Positions 9,213 through 18,748 of a DNA stretch of 64,000 nucleotides are shown piece by piece. The position numbers were made by a program, and so were the translations under genes. The stretch's first letter is position 1; each line of letters opens with the position of its first letter. Source of the stretch: a virus. The notes beneath the pieces are model-generated. The model was given only the letters and a program-made list of their open reading frames with translations. It searched no databases and was not told the origin of the DNA. The DNA lies in the IMG/VR virus record IMGVR_UViG_3300027749_000049, positions 1 through 64,000 of that record. One strand, written 5' to 3'.

Positions 9213-11987
9213 ATGGCACATAAAGAACAGCAAGATTTTTGTAAAAAGATCAAATTAAATTTTCCAAAATACTTCCAAAATAAAAAAGTATTAGATATTG
9301 GATCACTTGATGTTAATGGAAATAATCGTTTTCTATTTGATAATTGTAACTATATTGGATTAGATGTTGGTGATGGCGCTAATGTTGATGTAGTAGTCCC
9401 AGGGAATCTATATGATGCACCATCTGAGCAGTTTGATGTAATTATTTCAACTGAAGTATTTGAACACGATCTATATTATGAAACTACTATTCAAAATATT
9501 ATTCGTATGTTAAAGCCAGGTGGAATGTTTATTTTTACTTGTGCATCAGGTCAAAGACCTGAACATGGAACTAGAAGACGTGGAGAAAGGGATGCTCCAT
9601 TATTAATTCAACAATCAAGCGAATGGGCTGACTATTATAAAAATCTTGAAGCTGACGATTTTTTAAAAATTAATGGATTTGAAACCGCTTTTCCAGATGG
9701 AGTATTTGAATACGGTTCACATGGTAGCTATAATCATGAATGGCAAAATCCAGACATGCAAAATATACATTCAGATATTTACTTCTTTGGGGTTAAAGGT
9801 GGAATTGCAAATGACCTAAAATATTCAGCGGATAACAGGCCTTCGATAATCAGACCGAATGAATATCCTGATGATATTTTTGTTGTTGACACTTGGCCAA
9901 ATACTCCAGAAAAAGAATCAGACCTAATTGAATGTATTAAAAAGCTTAGAGAATTTTCAGGAATTCCAATCTTGTTAGTTTCGCATTATGCAATCAAACC
10001 TGAAATTCAAAAATTAGTTGATTATTACATATATGATAAAGAAAATCCACTGCTATTAAATTCTGAATTTGAAGAATATGCAGTTGGTAGTGGAAGATGG
10101 TGTACATTTGGAAAAACCAGAGTAGACAATCAAATGGAATATCATCATGATTATGCAATTTGGAGATCAATGACCCATGCCTTTAATTTCTGTAAGTATC
10201 TAGGAAAGAAGATGATTCACTTTATGGAATACGATAATCTGCTTGATACTTTTCAATATCGCCAAGCCTTCTTGGAAAGAGCTCACCAGCATGATGCAGT
10301 AATTTATGAATACCATTCTGGTTCAGCAAAGGATACTCACCTAGCTAAATTTATGGCAACCTTTATTTTCTCAATTAAAACTGAGGTTGCTCTAAATATC
10401 ATAAATGAAGTAAAGACAAAAAAGGAATACTTCATGGGTCGCCCAAACGGTTGGCAGTTAGAAAGAGTATTCCTGCACTATTTAGAAAAACACGCAAAGG
10501 ATATTTGGTTAACTAATTATATTGCAAATTCAAATGAATTAAATACTCAAGCAGTTTGGAATAGAGATGGTATTCTAAGAGATGACGCTAAATTTCAAAT
10601 TTATACAGCAGCTGACGATTTTAATAATTTATATGTGCAACTTGTTTCAGGATTTCATGATGAACCTGCAACCAAAGATTACCTACTTGAAATCAAATAT
10701 AATGGAACCGTACAGTTTACGACTCTTAAAAAGGGCGACTTTTTACTTATTAAATTAGGCGAATACTGTAAAGGCTATACCGTAACTGTTAATTATTTAG
10801 GTAAATGCGCATTCACTCAATTTTTAAGTGATGATTTCCAAACTTTTGCAAAAATGAATCATGTAACAATTGACGGAGTTCAGCCACTGCCTACTGTAAA
10901 TCATAATTTAGTAGACGGCCCGTTTGTTGAATTGAAAACTACAAGTCCAATGAAATATCAAGTAGAGTTTATTGATAATGAAACTGACAAATTAGTTTAT
11001 TCAACAAAATTAAGTGGCGGAACTTGGGCAAAAAGTGCAATCAAATATTTTAAAGATTGGAAAATTAAAGTTAAGGACCAAAGCGGAAATCCGGTAATAA
11101 TATTTAATACTGACCTAAAAGGTAAACGTGTCTATATTCCATTAGAGTCAAAAGCACTAGGTGATACCTTAGCATGGTTTCCATATGTTGAAGAATTTAG
11201 AAAGAAGCACGATTGTATTATGATCTGTTCAACTTTCTGGAATCAATTATTTAAAGATACTTATCCAAATATTGAATTAATTGAACCGGGTCAAATGGTA
11301 ACTAATTTACATGCAATGTACCGAATAGGCTGGTTCCATAATGGCGATAATATTGATCTTGAAAAAAATCCTAGCGATTTTAAATTAGGTCCATTACAAA
11401 GAACTGCGACCGATATTTTAGGATTAGAATATAAAGAGATTAAACCAATTATTAATTATCCAACTGGTCCAGTAGTTAAGAAAAAAGTAGGCCTTGGAAT
11501 TCACAGTACTGCTCAAGCAAAATATTGGAATAATCTAACTGGTTGGCAAGAAGTTACAGATTGGTTAATTGCAAACGGTTATGAACCGGTAGTATTATCT
11601 AGAGAAGAAGACGGCTATATGGGAAATCGTAATCCAGTTGGAGCCGCTAAACTTGAAGCTGGTACAATTGACCGAGTAATTACTGAATTAACTGAATGCG
11701 CTGCTTTTATTGGAATTAGTAGTGGATTGACTTGGTTAGCTTGGGTAACAAATACTCCAAGTATTCAAATCTCCGGTTTTACTGAACCTTATAATGAACC
11801 AGATGGCGGTATTATTAAATTAGCTGCACCAACTGGCGCGTGTTCAGGTTGTGCAAATCGATTAAGGCTCAATGCTGGTGATTGGAATTGGTGCCCAGAT
11901 CAAAAAGGTACACCTCGTCAATTTGAATGTTCAAAATTGATCACAGCTGATCAGGTAATTGAAAAGTTAAAGACAATTCTAATATAG
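9213..11987 (+). CDS. Fusion: SAM methyltransferase + GT-like domain + Aah/TibC (autotransporter O-heptosyltransferase)-like glycosyltransferase
   Basis: N-terminal VLDIGSLDVNG...STEVFEHD. C-terminal ALGDTLAWFPYVEEF, AKYWNN..GW, FIGISSGLTWLAW and C-x2-C-x13-C-x11-C ending TPRQFEC, resembling the TibC iron finger. Confidence 0.8.
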   Translation: MAHKEQQDFCKKIKLNFPKYFQNKKVLDIGSLDVNGNNRFLFDNCNYIGLDVGDGANVDVVVPGNLYDAPSEQFDVIISTEVFEHDLYYETTIQNIIRMLKPGGMFIFTCASGQRPEHGTRRRGERDAPLLIQQSSEWADYYKNLEADDFLKINGFETAFPDGVFEYGSHGSYNHEWQNPDMQNIHSDIYFFGVKGGIANDLKYSADNRPSIIRPNEYPDDIFVVDTWPNTPEKESDLIECIKKLREFSGIPILLVSHYAIKPEIQKLVDYYIYDKENPLLLNSEFEEYAVGSGRWCTFGKTRVDNQMEYHHDYAIWRSMTHAFNFCKYLGKKMIHFMEYDNLLDTFQYRQAFLERAHQHDAVIYEYHSGSAKDTHLAKFMATFIFSIKTEVALNIINEVKTKKEYFMGRPNGWQLERVFLHYLEKHAKDIWLTNYIANSNELNTQAVWNRDGILRDDAKFQIYTAADDFNNLYVQLVSGFHDEPATKDYLLEIKYNGTVQFTTLKKGDFLLIKLGEYCKGYTVTVNYLGKCAFTQFLSDDFQTFAKMNHVTIDGVQPLPTVNHNLVDGPFVELKTTSPMKYQVEFIDNETDKLVYSTKLSGGTWAKSAIKYFKDWKIKVKDQSGNPVIIFNTDLKGKRVYIPLESKALGDTLAWFPYVEEFRKKHDCIMICSTFWNQLFKDTYPNIELIEPGQMVTNLHAMYRIGWFHNGDNIDLEKNPSDFKLGPLQRTATDILGLEYKEIKPIINYPTGPVVKKKVGLGIHSTAQAKYWNNLTGWQEVTDWLIANGYEPVVLSREEDGYMGNRNPVGAAKLEAGTIDRVITELTECAAFIGISSGLTWLAWVTNTPSIQISGFTEPYNEPDGGIIKLAAPTGACSGCANRLRLNAGDWNWCPDQKGTPRQFECSKLITADQVIEKLKTILI

Positions 11988-11997
11988 ATAATTCTAT

Positions 11998-12615
11998 ATG
12001 ATATTAAACGCTAGACAAAATTCATTTTTAGTAAACCTACCAATGGACTTCTTTAATAGTGTTGTGCAACAAAAGTACAACAAATATTATAGAAGTCTAT
12101 TATTGCCATATAAGTCATTATCTGATTTTATGGCATCAACTATACAAAGTGTGAATTTTCCAGGATTTTCTTCAACTTTGCCAACTCAAACCCGAACACT
12201 TGGAAAGATTCAAGAATTACAGAGTGCAAAACCAATAGCTGATCAATTTACTAGAGAACTTAAATTGACTTTTAAATTAACTGATGCATACCTAAACTAT
12301 TTTATATTTTTAGATAATGCCCTAAATTATTTAGAACCAGCAAATGTTAATCCAGACAATCTTGGCAATAATTCATTAGGTCAAGCCTTATCGGTAAATC
12401 CAATTTCAAATGTAAATCATCCGTTCTTTCATCCAATCCGATTAACTCTCTTAAATAATGAAGGTTATGCAGTATCGTCTATTGTGTTTAACAGACCAAT
12501 GCTAAAGTCATTAAGCGAAATGAATCTATCGTATTCATCAATAACTCCGCAGTTTACAACGTTCACTGCCACTTTCCAATATTATAATTTTGACTTGGAA
12601 TTAGATTTTGATTAA
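11998..12615 (+). CDS. Putative tail tube-fold / tail completion protein (T4 gp3/gp19-like)
   Basis: IQSVNFPG...LTFKL...LSEMNLSY...FTATFQY pattern resembles T4-like tube-fold proteins; structural context. Confidence 0.45.
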   Translation: MILNARQNSFLVNLPMDFFNSVVQQKYNKYYRSLLLPYKSLSDFMASTIQSVNFPGFSSTLPTQTRTLGKIQELQSAKPIADQFTRELKLTFKLTDAYLNYFIFLDNALNYLEPANVNPDNLGNNSLGQALSVNPISNVNHPFFHPIRLTLLNNEGYAVSSIVFNRPMLKSLSEMNLSYSSITPQFTTFTATFQYYNFDLELDFD

Positions 12616-12625
12616 TTATGCAAGG

Positions 12626-14059
12626 TTATGCATTTTGATCAACGAATCCAAAACAAACTGTACAATAATATTCTGAAACAGTATAGACGAAACTTACAAT
12701 TTGTACGGTACCGTCTATTCGAATAATATTAAATCCTTCTGTTCCAGTAAACTGAGTGTATTGAGTTCCATTAACTGCATTTTGATAGGTTGTAGCCTGT
12801 GAAAAAATTGGTGTAAATGGCGCAGATACTTGAACTGGTACAGATAAACTTCCATTACCAACACTAGCAAATGCAACTAGTGGATCGGTAACCGGTTGGC
12901 TAAATATTGCTGTAAATGTTCCAGCTGCTTGATTTAAAATTTGAATACCATTAAATGGTACTCCGTATTGTTCAGGAAAAGTATTTGCGGCGTACATACC
13001 GCTATGTTGTCCCATACCGCCTCCGCTTTGACTAATTGTAATACCTATTGAGTTTTGACCTACTCCTGATGCTGAACTTCCGGTAACCGAACCAATTGTC
13101 ATCCATTGAAATCCTGAACTTCCAAAATTTGACCAATTATTCCAATACCCATTTGCGGTTAACCAGGTACTTGCAGCATTGCCGCTTATAAAAACTTGGC
13201 CACTTATGCTATTTGCAACTTCAATAAAACTGGCTTCGGTTAGTGAAGTTGACCTATTAAATCCAACTGCTGCAACTTCTTCACCTAAAAATTTAAAATT
13301 GCTTGGGGTTCCATATGCTGCGGTATTTTGTATTGTCATTGTACCTTCATATCCAGGACATAATACTGGATAAAAAGGCCCGCCAATAATCTCAATACCA
13401 TAAGCATTAGTTGCTGGGTCGGCACTAGGGTTATTATTCCAAAGACCACCATTTACTCTAACCCACATACCATTAAGGTTACTATCAATCACCACATCAA
13501 TAATATTATTATGCGTCCAAGGTTCTAAACCTGAGATGGTTTCAATACCGTTGTACCAAATGGTTCCATCACTACGATAACCCATACTAAAACCATCATT
13601 ACCGGGATATCCACCATATGGATTACCTTGATAATTCATGAATTGATAACCAATACCAATAAAGTGAGAATTTGCTAGAACTCCTGGATTTGACAAACTA
13701 ACCAGTACACTAAACATAATTTTGTCAGTAGATTTAATTTCATTAACCCCTAATACTGATTGTTGGTAACCAAATTGTTGATGAGCTATTTGAAGCGGTG
13801 ATCCGCTTAAATTTATATCTGTTCCTTTATGCGTATTATCCAAATACAGGTAACTTGAGGCTGGCGTAGGTTGAGTATTATTTGGCACAGTATGCGCAAT
13901 AACATAGCCCAGATCCTGATCTGGACCTTGCCACCATTGAACTCCACCTGGAGAAGTTGTATAATCTAGGTCGGCTACACTAATTGCTAAATCTCCAACT
14001 TGATCTGTTCCAGCAATTGGAGAACCTGGATTATATGAAAACGATTTTGATGTTGACAT
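12626..14059 (-). CDS. Putative virion surface protein with SPRY/ConA-like beta domain
   Basis: Gly/aromatic-rich; FSMGYRSDGTIW...IIDVVID...MWVRVNGGLW...FYPVL resembles SPRY. Confidence 0.55.
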   Translation of the reverse strand: MSTSKSFSYNPGSPIAGTDQVGDLAISVADLDYTTSPGGVQWWQGPDQDLGYVIAHTVPNNTQPTPASSYLYLDNTHKGTDINLSGSPLQIAHQQFGYQQSVLGVNEIKSTDKIMFSVLVSLSNPGVLANSHFIGIGYQFMNYQGNPYGGYPGNDGFSMGYRSDGTIWYNGIETISGLEPWTHNNIIDVVIDSNLNGMWVRVNGGLWNNNPSADPATNAYGIEIIGGPFYPVLCPGYEGTMTIQNTAAYGTPSNFKFLGEEVAAVGFNRSTSLTEASFIEVANSISGQVFISGNAASTWLTANGYWNNWSNFGSSGFQWMTIGSVTGSSASGVGQNSIGITISQSGGGMGQHSGMYAANTFPEQYGVPFNGIQILNQAAGTFTAIFSQPVTDPLVAFASVGNGSLSVPVQVSAPFTPIFSQATTYQNAVNGTQYTQFTGTEGFNIIRIDGTVQIVSFVYTVSEYYCTVCFGFVDQNA

Positions 14060-14076
14060 TTGTTTATTTTATTATT

Positions 14077-14832
14077 TTAAGTATTTGCACGGTTTTGATC
14101 AGCCCAAGTAGTCTTAGTTAATTTATCACCATTTGGCCCTTTACGATTAACTTCAAATCTTTCAATGACATTTGAACTCTTACGTTTAGAGGTTTTTTCA
14201 AAACTGGGAAAGTAAGTTTCTACATCAATTGACAAATTTATATTTAATTTATTATTGTCAGTCATTGAGAACTTATAGGACTTATCAACTGTTTCATTTG
14301 CTGGAAATTGAAATTGAGCAGGAATTCTGACTCCGTGATATTGAAAATACATTACCCGGTTTGAATAAAAAATATGTAGCATATTTTCAGCAATCTTAAA
14401 TGCTTTATTTAAGTTATCACAAATAATTTTAATATCAAATTTAATTGACATTGGAAAAGAAAATAGCTGAGCTGAATAGCCAGTTAGGATATTTTCATCA
14501 TTTTCTCCTCTTTCAGGTTCAGTAAAACTACCCCTAACAAACTTATTTGTAATATCAGACGGTTTAACTTGGAAGCTTGACAGAGTTACAATTCCTCTTG
14601 GAATAATATCATAGGTGCCTTCTGCGGCTGGAATGCGACAGTTATCCGGCAGTCCAATATAAAAATCCTTTAAGAAGCCTTCATCTGTTCCATAATTATA
14701 AAGAAACGGAACCTTAAAAGTTTCATTATGATCATTTCGTGCAATCGTAATCTCCATTTCTCCATTTAACAAATCAAGCAAGGCAATTGTTAAATTTCTT
14801 AGAAAAATATCGTCGGTGTTTAATGTTTTCAT
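14077..14832 (-). CDS. Tail sheath terminator/stabiliser (T4 gp15-like)
   Basis: KVPFLY and IIPRGIVTLSSF motifs resemble the gp15 family; TATTTAT late motif upstream. Confidence 0.6.
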   Translation of the reverse strand: MKTLNTDDIFLRNLTIALLDLLNGEMEITIARNDHNETFKVPFLYNYGTDEGFLKDFYIGLPDNCRIPAAEGTYDIIPRGIVTLSSFQVKPSDITNKFVRGSFTEPERGENDENILTGYSAQLFSFPMSIKFDIKIICDNLNKAFKIAENMLHIFYSNRVMYFQYHGVRIPAQFQFPANETVDKSYKFSMTDNNKLNINLSIDVETYFPSFEKTSKRKSSNVIERFEVNRKGPNGDKLTKTTWADQNRANT

Positions 14833-14883
14833 CTGGTTTATTTATTTATGCCCAGACTCAACTCTTAGAAAATAAAAAAAAGG

Positions 14884-15537
14884 TTAATTAGTTGGACTCT
14901 TCCTACCTAGGACATATCCGATTGTTAGATATGACTCAACTGCTGACTTGCTAACTTTTATTGCACCAATAGTTGGATGATAGACCCATTTTGTTCCAAA
15001 TTGGCTATTGTTTTCTCCTAATTGACTAATTGAATTCGCTAGTCCTATTTTTGATTTAGTTTCAACATTATGAGATTTACCGGTCCAATCGTAAGTTTTT
15101 TGCCAGTTAAGATGAGTTCCAGCAGCTTTAGCGTCAGTATGATACTTAGTCATGCGCTCGCTAGCTAATCTTGATTTAGTAGGGTTGTTTGATAAACCGC
15201 CGGCTGCTGAACACTTGAGTTGATGTTCAATTGAAATAAACCCATGCCAGCCTTCTCCGCCCTTAACTAAATTCATGCACATAGGATCAGATAATAGTGA
15301 TTCATTTACTAACTCTCTTTCTCGATTAGCTAGAGATTTTCTATCTGGTAAAAATTCAAGTATTTCCCTAGCGTGATTTTCTTTTCCGTGGTAATTTATA
15401 GAATGCCACAACTTTTTTCCACTACCTAAATATGAATCTTCTATTTTTGGAGTAGAATGCATGCCAATATAATAACGACCGGTTATTAAGCATGTTGTTT
15501 TGTAGATAAAGTGGTATTTATGTTTTGATTGAGCCAT
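14884..15537 (-). CDS. GIY-YIG (Seg-like) homing endonuclease with NUMOD3-like motif
   Basis: FIYKTT...YYIGMH...YLGSG...E...N catalytic pattern; GKSHNVETKSKI NUMOD3-like segment. Confidence 0.85.
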   Translation of the reverse strand: MAQSKHKYHFIYKTTCLITGRYYIGMHSTPKIEDSYLGSGKKLWHSINYHGKENHAREILEFLPDRKSLANRERELVNESLLSDPMCMNLVKGGEGWHGFISIEHQLKCSAAGGLSNNPTKSRLASERMTKYHTDAKAAGTHLNWQKTYDWTGKSHNVETKSKIGLANSISQLGENNSQFGTKWVYHPTIGAIKVSKSAVESYLTIGYVLGRKSPTN

Positions 15538-15538
15538 A

Positions 15539-15583
15539 TTGCAAACAAGTCTTTGATTTTATTTATCTAAGACTTGTTTGCAA
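15539..15583 (-). promoter_or_regulatory. 15-bp perfect hairpin enclosing a GATAAATA late-promoter motif, directly upstream of the endonuclease start
   Basis: Arms TTGCAAACAAGTCTT (15539-15553) and AAGACTTGTTTGCAA (15569-15583); TATTTATC at 15560-15567. Confidence 0.7.
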
Positions 15584-15595
15584 AAGGTTGTGGTG

Positions 15596-15959
15596 TGGAG
15601 ATAGGCGGAATCGAACCGCCGTCCAAAAAACCTCTAATTAAACTTTCATTTACACGCTTAGTCCATTTTTCTAATTGGACGAAATATCTTATTCTTTAAC
15701 GACTTAAAGCTAAAGTCAGTAACGGTTCGACTTGGCCGCTACGCCATGCTGGTTTTGCAACTTTGGTTAGTCAAGCAGTTGCCGCTTGGTCACTTATGCA
15801 GCTAAAAGCTCTTCAGTAACAGGAGTGTTAACGCCTTGGTTAACTAGGCTCCAGAAAGTAGTGTTGCCACTTATTGTTTGTAATACATTTTAACGAGTCT
15901 TAGCATCATCCTCGGCGTGCAAGCGTAACCGATAATCTTTGTCAAAACCGGTTATCCCC
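15596..15959 (-). ncRNA. ssrA: tmRNA (transfer-messenger RNA)
   Basis: 5' GGGGATAACCGGTTTTGAC; 3' T-arm GGCGGTTCGATTCCGCC then TATCTCCA. Acceptor stem has the G3.U70 Ala identity pair. Internal tag ORF at 15868-15794 reads GNTTFWSLVNQGVNTPVTEELLAA*. Confidence 0.95.
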
Positions 15960-16055
15960 ATATAATAGTTATTATACCTAATTATTTATACAGGTGGTCT
16001 CTTTCATAAACGTTTTACTCTGCTGATAAATAACCTAAAAGAAGCTACTCCTTAA

Positions 16056-17750
16056 ATGGCAAACCTTACTAAACAAAATACCAGTCTAAGGCTCTTTACT
16101 AGTTTAAATATACGAGTTAGAGATATTCTTAGCGAAACTATACAGTTCTTACAAACAAAGTTTAAACAGAGTCGTTCTGTATTTACTGCAGCTTCTCCAT
16201 TTGGGCAGCTATTAATTGTTGTAGAAAACTTAAGTCAACTTATTTTTTATTATATTGAAGACTCAATTACTGAACTAAATATAAATGAAGCAAGTCGAGT
16301 TTCATCAATCTATTCATTAGCTACTCTAGCTGGCCATAATCCAAGTAGAGCAATTGGCGCAACCGGTCAAATCCGAATTGTTAGAAAACCTAATATTACC
16401 CCACCTGCCACTAAAGTTGTGCTTAATAACCTATTTAGAGTTCGTTGTGAAAATAATGGACTTACCTATGCAATTGAACTTACGCAAGAAGAGGTTAGGC
16501 TTGCGCTAAGCGGTACTGAAACTACTGCAATTTTTAGTGTTCGTCAAGGTCAAATTGAATCCCAAACATTTACTGCAAAGGGAATTGCATTTGAAAGTTA
16601 TCAAATGGGAGCTCCGAATAATTTCTATATTGATAATTTTATTGTTAATATTTATGTTAATGGCGAAAAATGGACTAAATATGAATCACTCTTAGATATT
16701 CCAAGAGGAGCAAAAGGATTTATTGCAAAAACTGGTATAACAAATGGATTAGACATCTATTTTGGTAATGGCTCGTTTGGTAAAATTCCAACCACCGGTT
16801 CAACCATTGTTGTTGAATACTTAAATACAGACGGCTCAGCTGGAAATGTTAAAGTTGATAATAATGCACAAGTATTATTTTCGTTTGTTGATACTGGATT
16901 TTCTCCAATTGGCGAAGAGATTATAATGAGCGACTATTTTGGAATTGTAACAGTAAGTGCTCCAAATTTCGGAGTAGACCCAGAGGATCCTACTTTAACC
17001 CGATTAATTGCACCTCGTGCATCAAAAAGCTTTGCGCTAGTTAATTTAGATAATTATGAAGTCTTATTGCAAAAAATGCAAATGTTTTCAACAATTAAAG
17101 TATTCCTAGATCAAGACACAACTGGAAATATCCTAGATTCTAGAATGATTAACTTATTCCTGGTACCGGATGTTACTCAAATGTTTAAAAATGGAACTGA
17201 CTATTTTAATTTACCAATCAGCAATTTTAAGCTAACCAATTTTCAAAAGAATGAGTTAATGAAGTACGTTGAAAAATCTGGAACAAAAATGATTTCAACC
17301 GACTTGAAAATAGTTGATCCAAAAATTACCAGATACATTATTAACTTAAGTATCATTGCATTTGATGATGTTTCTCAAGATATTGTTAAATCAGATATTG
17401 CTGATGCGCTAGGTAAATATTTCATTAAATTAAAGAGACATGATCGGGTTCCAAAAAGTGATTTAATTGCAGTAGTTGAAGCAATTAATGGAGTTGACTC
17501 AGTTAGTATTAATATGCTAAGCGAGTTTAATGAACTTTATAAAACCGCAAATCCAACTAGTGAAACTCTAGTAGGACTTGATGATTTTAACGATATTATT
17601 ATTGGACTAGACGAATTTCCGGTAGTACGTGGAGGTTGGACTGATTCTCAAGGTAATAAGTATGCAGAAGGATTATCTGAATCTGCACTAGGTGCACTAA
17701 ATATTTCAATTAAAGCACAGGTTGCTCGTAAAAATACTGGAATTATATGA
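16056..17750 (+). CDS. Baseplate wedge subunit (T4 gp6-like)
   Basis: SIYSLATLAGHNP, IYFGNGSFGKIP and VEYLNTDG motifs of the gp6/baseplate J family. Confidence 0.8.
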   Translation: MANLTKQNTSLRLFTSLNIRVRDILSETIQFLQTKFKQSRSVFTAASPFGQLLIVVENLSQLIFYYIEDSITELNINEASRVSSIYSLATLAGHNPSRAIGATGQIRIVRKPNITPPATKVVLNNLFRVRCENNGLTYAIELTQEEVRLALSGTETTAIFSVRQGQIESQTFTAKGIAFESYQMGAPNNFYIDNFIVNIYVNGEKWTKYESLLDIPRGAKGFIAKTGITNGLDIYFGNGSFGKIPTTGSTIVVEYLNTDGSAGNVKVDNNAQVLFSFVDTGFSPIGEEIIMSDYFGIVTVSAPNFGVDPEDPTLTRLIAPRASKSFALVNLDNYEVLLQKMQMFSTIKVFLDQDTTGNILDSRMINLFLVPDVTQMFKNGTDYFNLPISNFKLTNFQKNELMKYVEKSGTKMISTDLKIVDPKITRYIINLSIIAFDDVSQDIVKSDIADALGKYFIKLKRHDRVPKSDLIAVVEAINGVDSVSINMLSEFNELYKTANPTSETLVGLDDFNDIIIGLDEFPVVRGGWTDSQGNKYAEGLSESALGALNISIKAQVARKNTGII

Positions 17751-17992
17751 TAAGAAACTCTCTTTACCAAACAGTGTATAATAGAAAAGACAGACGTCTT
17801 CATTTAGGTTATAAGTATAAAAATAACTTAATGAAACGTGTCCTTTCAAATCAAATGTTCGGCGCAAACCCAATATTAGATTCGTTTATTGCATATATTG
17901 AAGCTTACATATACGAGCATATTGAGGCAGTTAAACAAATTAAAATATTTGCAAATCCGGCACTAGATAAGAACGAAAATCGACTAAACTAA
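17747..17992 (+). CDS. Hypothetical protein (possibly baseplate-related)
   Basis: 81-aa ORF overlapping the gp6-like stop (ATGA). Confidence 0.55.
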   Translation: MIRNSLYQTVYNRKDRRLHLGYKYKNNLMKRVLSNQMFGANPILDSFIAYIEAYIYEHIEAVKQIKIFANPALDKNENRLN

Positions 17993-17995
17993 TGT

Positions 17996-18748
17996 ATGGC
18001 TGGACCAGTATTCTCAAAGGAAAAAAAGGCTCAAATTAAGGGCGAACTTGAATCACTATTGAGTAGCTACTCAGGTGGACCTAATCAGGAAGACGATAAT
18101 ATTGATGAGCAGCTTGCTGAAATTGCAGCAGCACCTCCATTGGATTTTATTGAAATGAATGCAGGTTTTGAAAAGCAGGCTAAAAATATTACCGACTCTC
18201 TTCTTTCGTTTTATGTTGATCTTGGCGTACTAGACAAGCATGAATATATTAAACAGAAACAGGTTCTTGATAACTCAAGTATTCAAAATATTTTCTTTCA
18301 ATTAAAAACCATTCGAATGGCAATTGAAAAAATTGCTGAAGAAATTAATCAAGGCAATACTCATCCTAGACTATTTGAAGTATTTGGACAACTTCAAGAT
18401 AAATTAACAGCGGTTGTAAAAACTCAAGCAAATTATATGTTATTTCTAGAAGATACCTATAAAAAGGTAAATCAAGACATATCACAAAAAGAATTAGGTG
18501 GAAGTGGAACCGGTCCACAAGCAAGAGCAATACCCCAAAGTTCAAGCGATTACTATATCACAGCCGGTACAAAAAATTTAATAAAAGAAATTGACGCTCT
18601 TGAAATAGAAGAAGATACCTCTGATTCAAGACACCTAACTCATCCAGGTCGAAAGGCTGAAGTTATGATAGAGAGAGGCGTATCAAATGTTATTATTACA
18701 GAAGATAGTGATATTGATTATATGGATGACGTTAATTCATTAATATGA
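17996..18748 (+). CDS. Terminase small subunit (T4 gp16-like)
   Basis: HPRLFEVFGQL motif typical of gp16-like proteins; overlaps the TerL start. Confidence 0.65.
   Translation: MAGPVFSKEKKAQIKGELESLLSSYSGGPNQEDDNIDEQLAEIAAAPPLDFIEMNAGFEKQAKNITDSLLSFYVDLGVLDKHEYIKQKQVLDNSSIQNIFFQLKTIRMAIEKIAEEINQGNTHPRLFEVFGQLQDKLTAVVKTQANYMLFLEDTYKKVNQDISQKELGGSGTGPQARAIPQSSSDYYITAGTKNLIKEIDALEIEEDTSDSRHLTHPGRKAEVMIERGVSNVIITEDSDIDYMDDVNSLI

Noticed and set aside
15591-15625. Stand-alone tRNA
   Set aside because: The T-arm and acceptor strand pair with the 5' end at 15959 and enclose a tag ORF, so this is the tmRNA.
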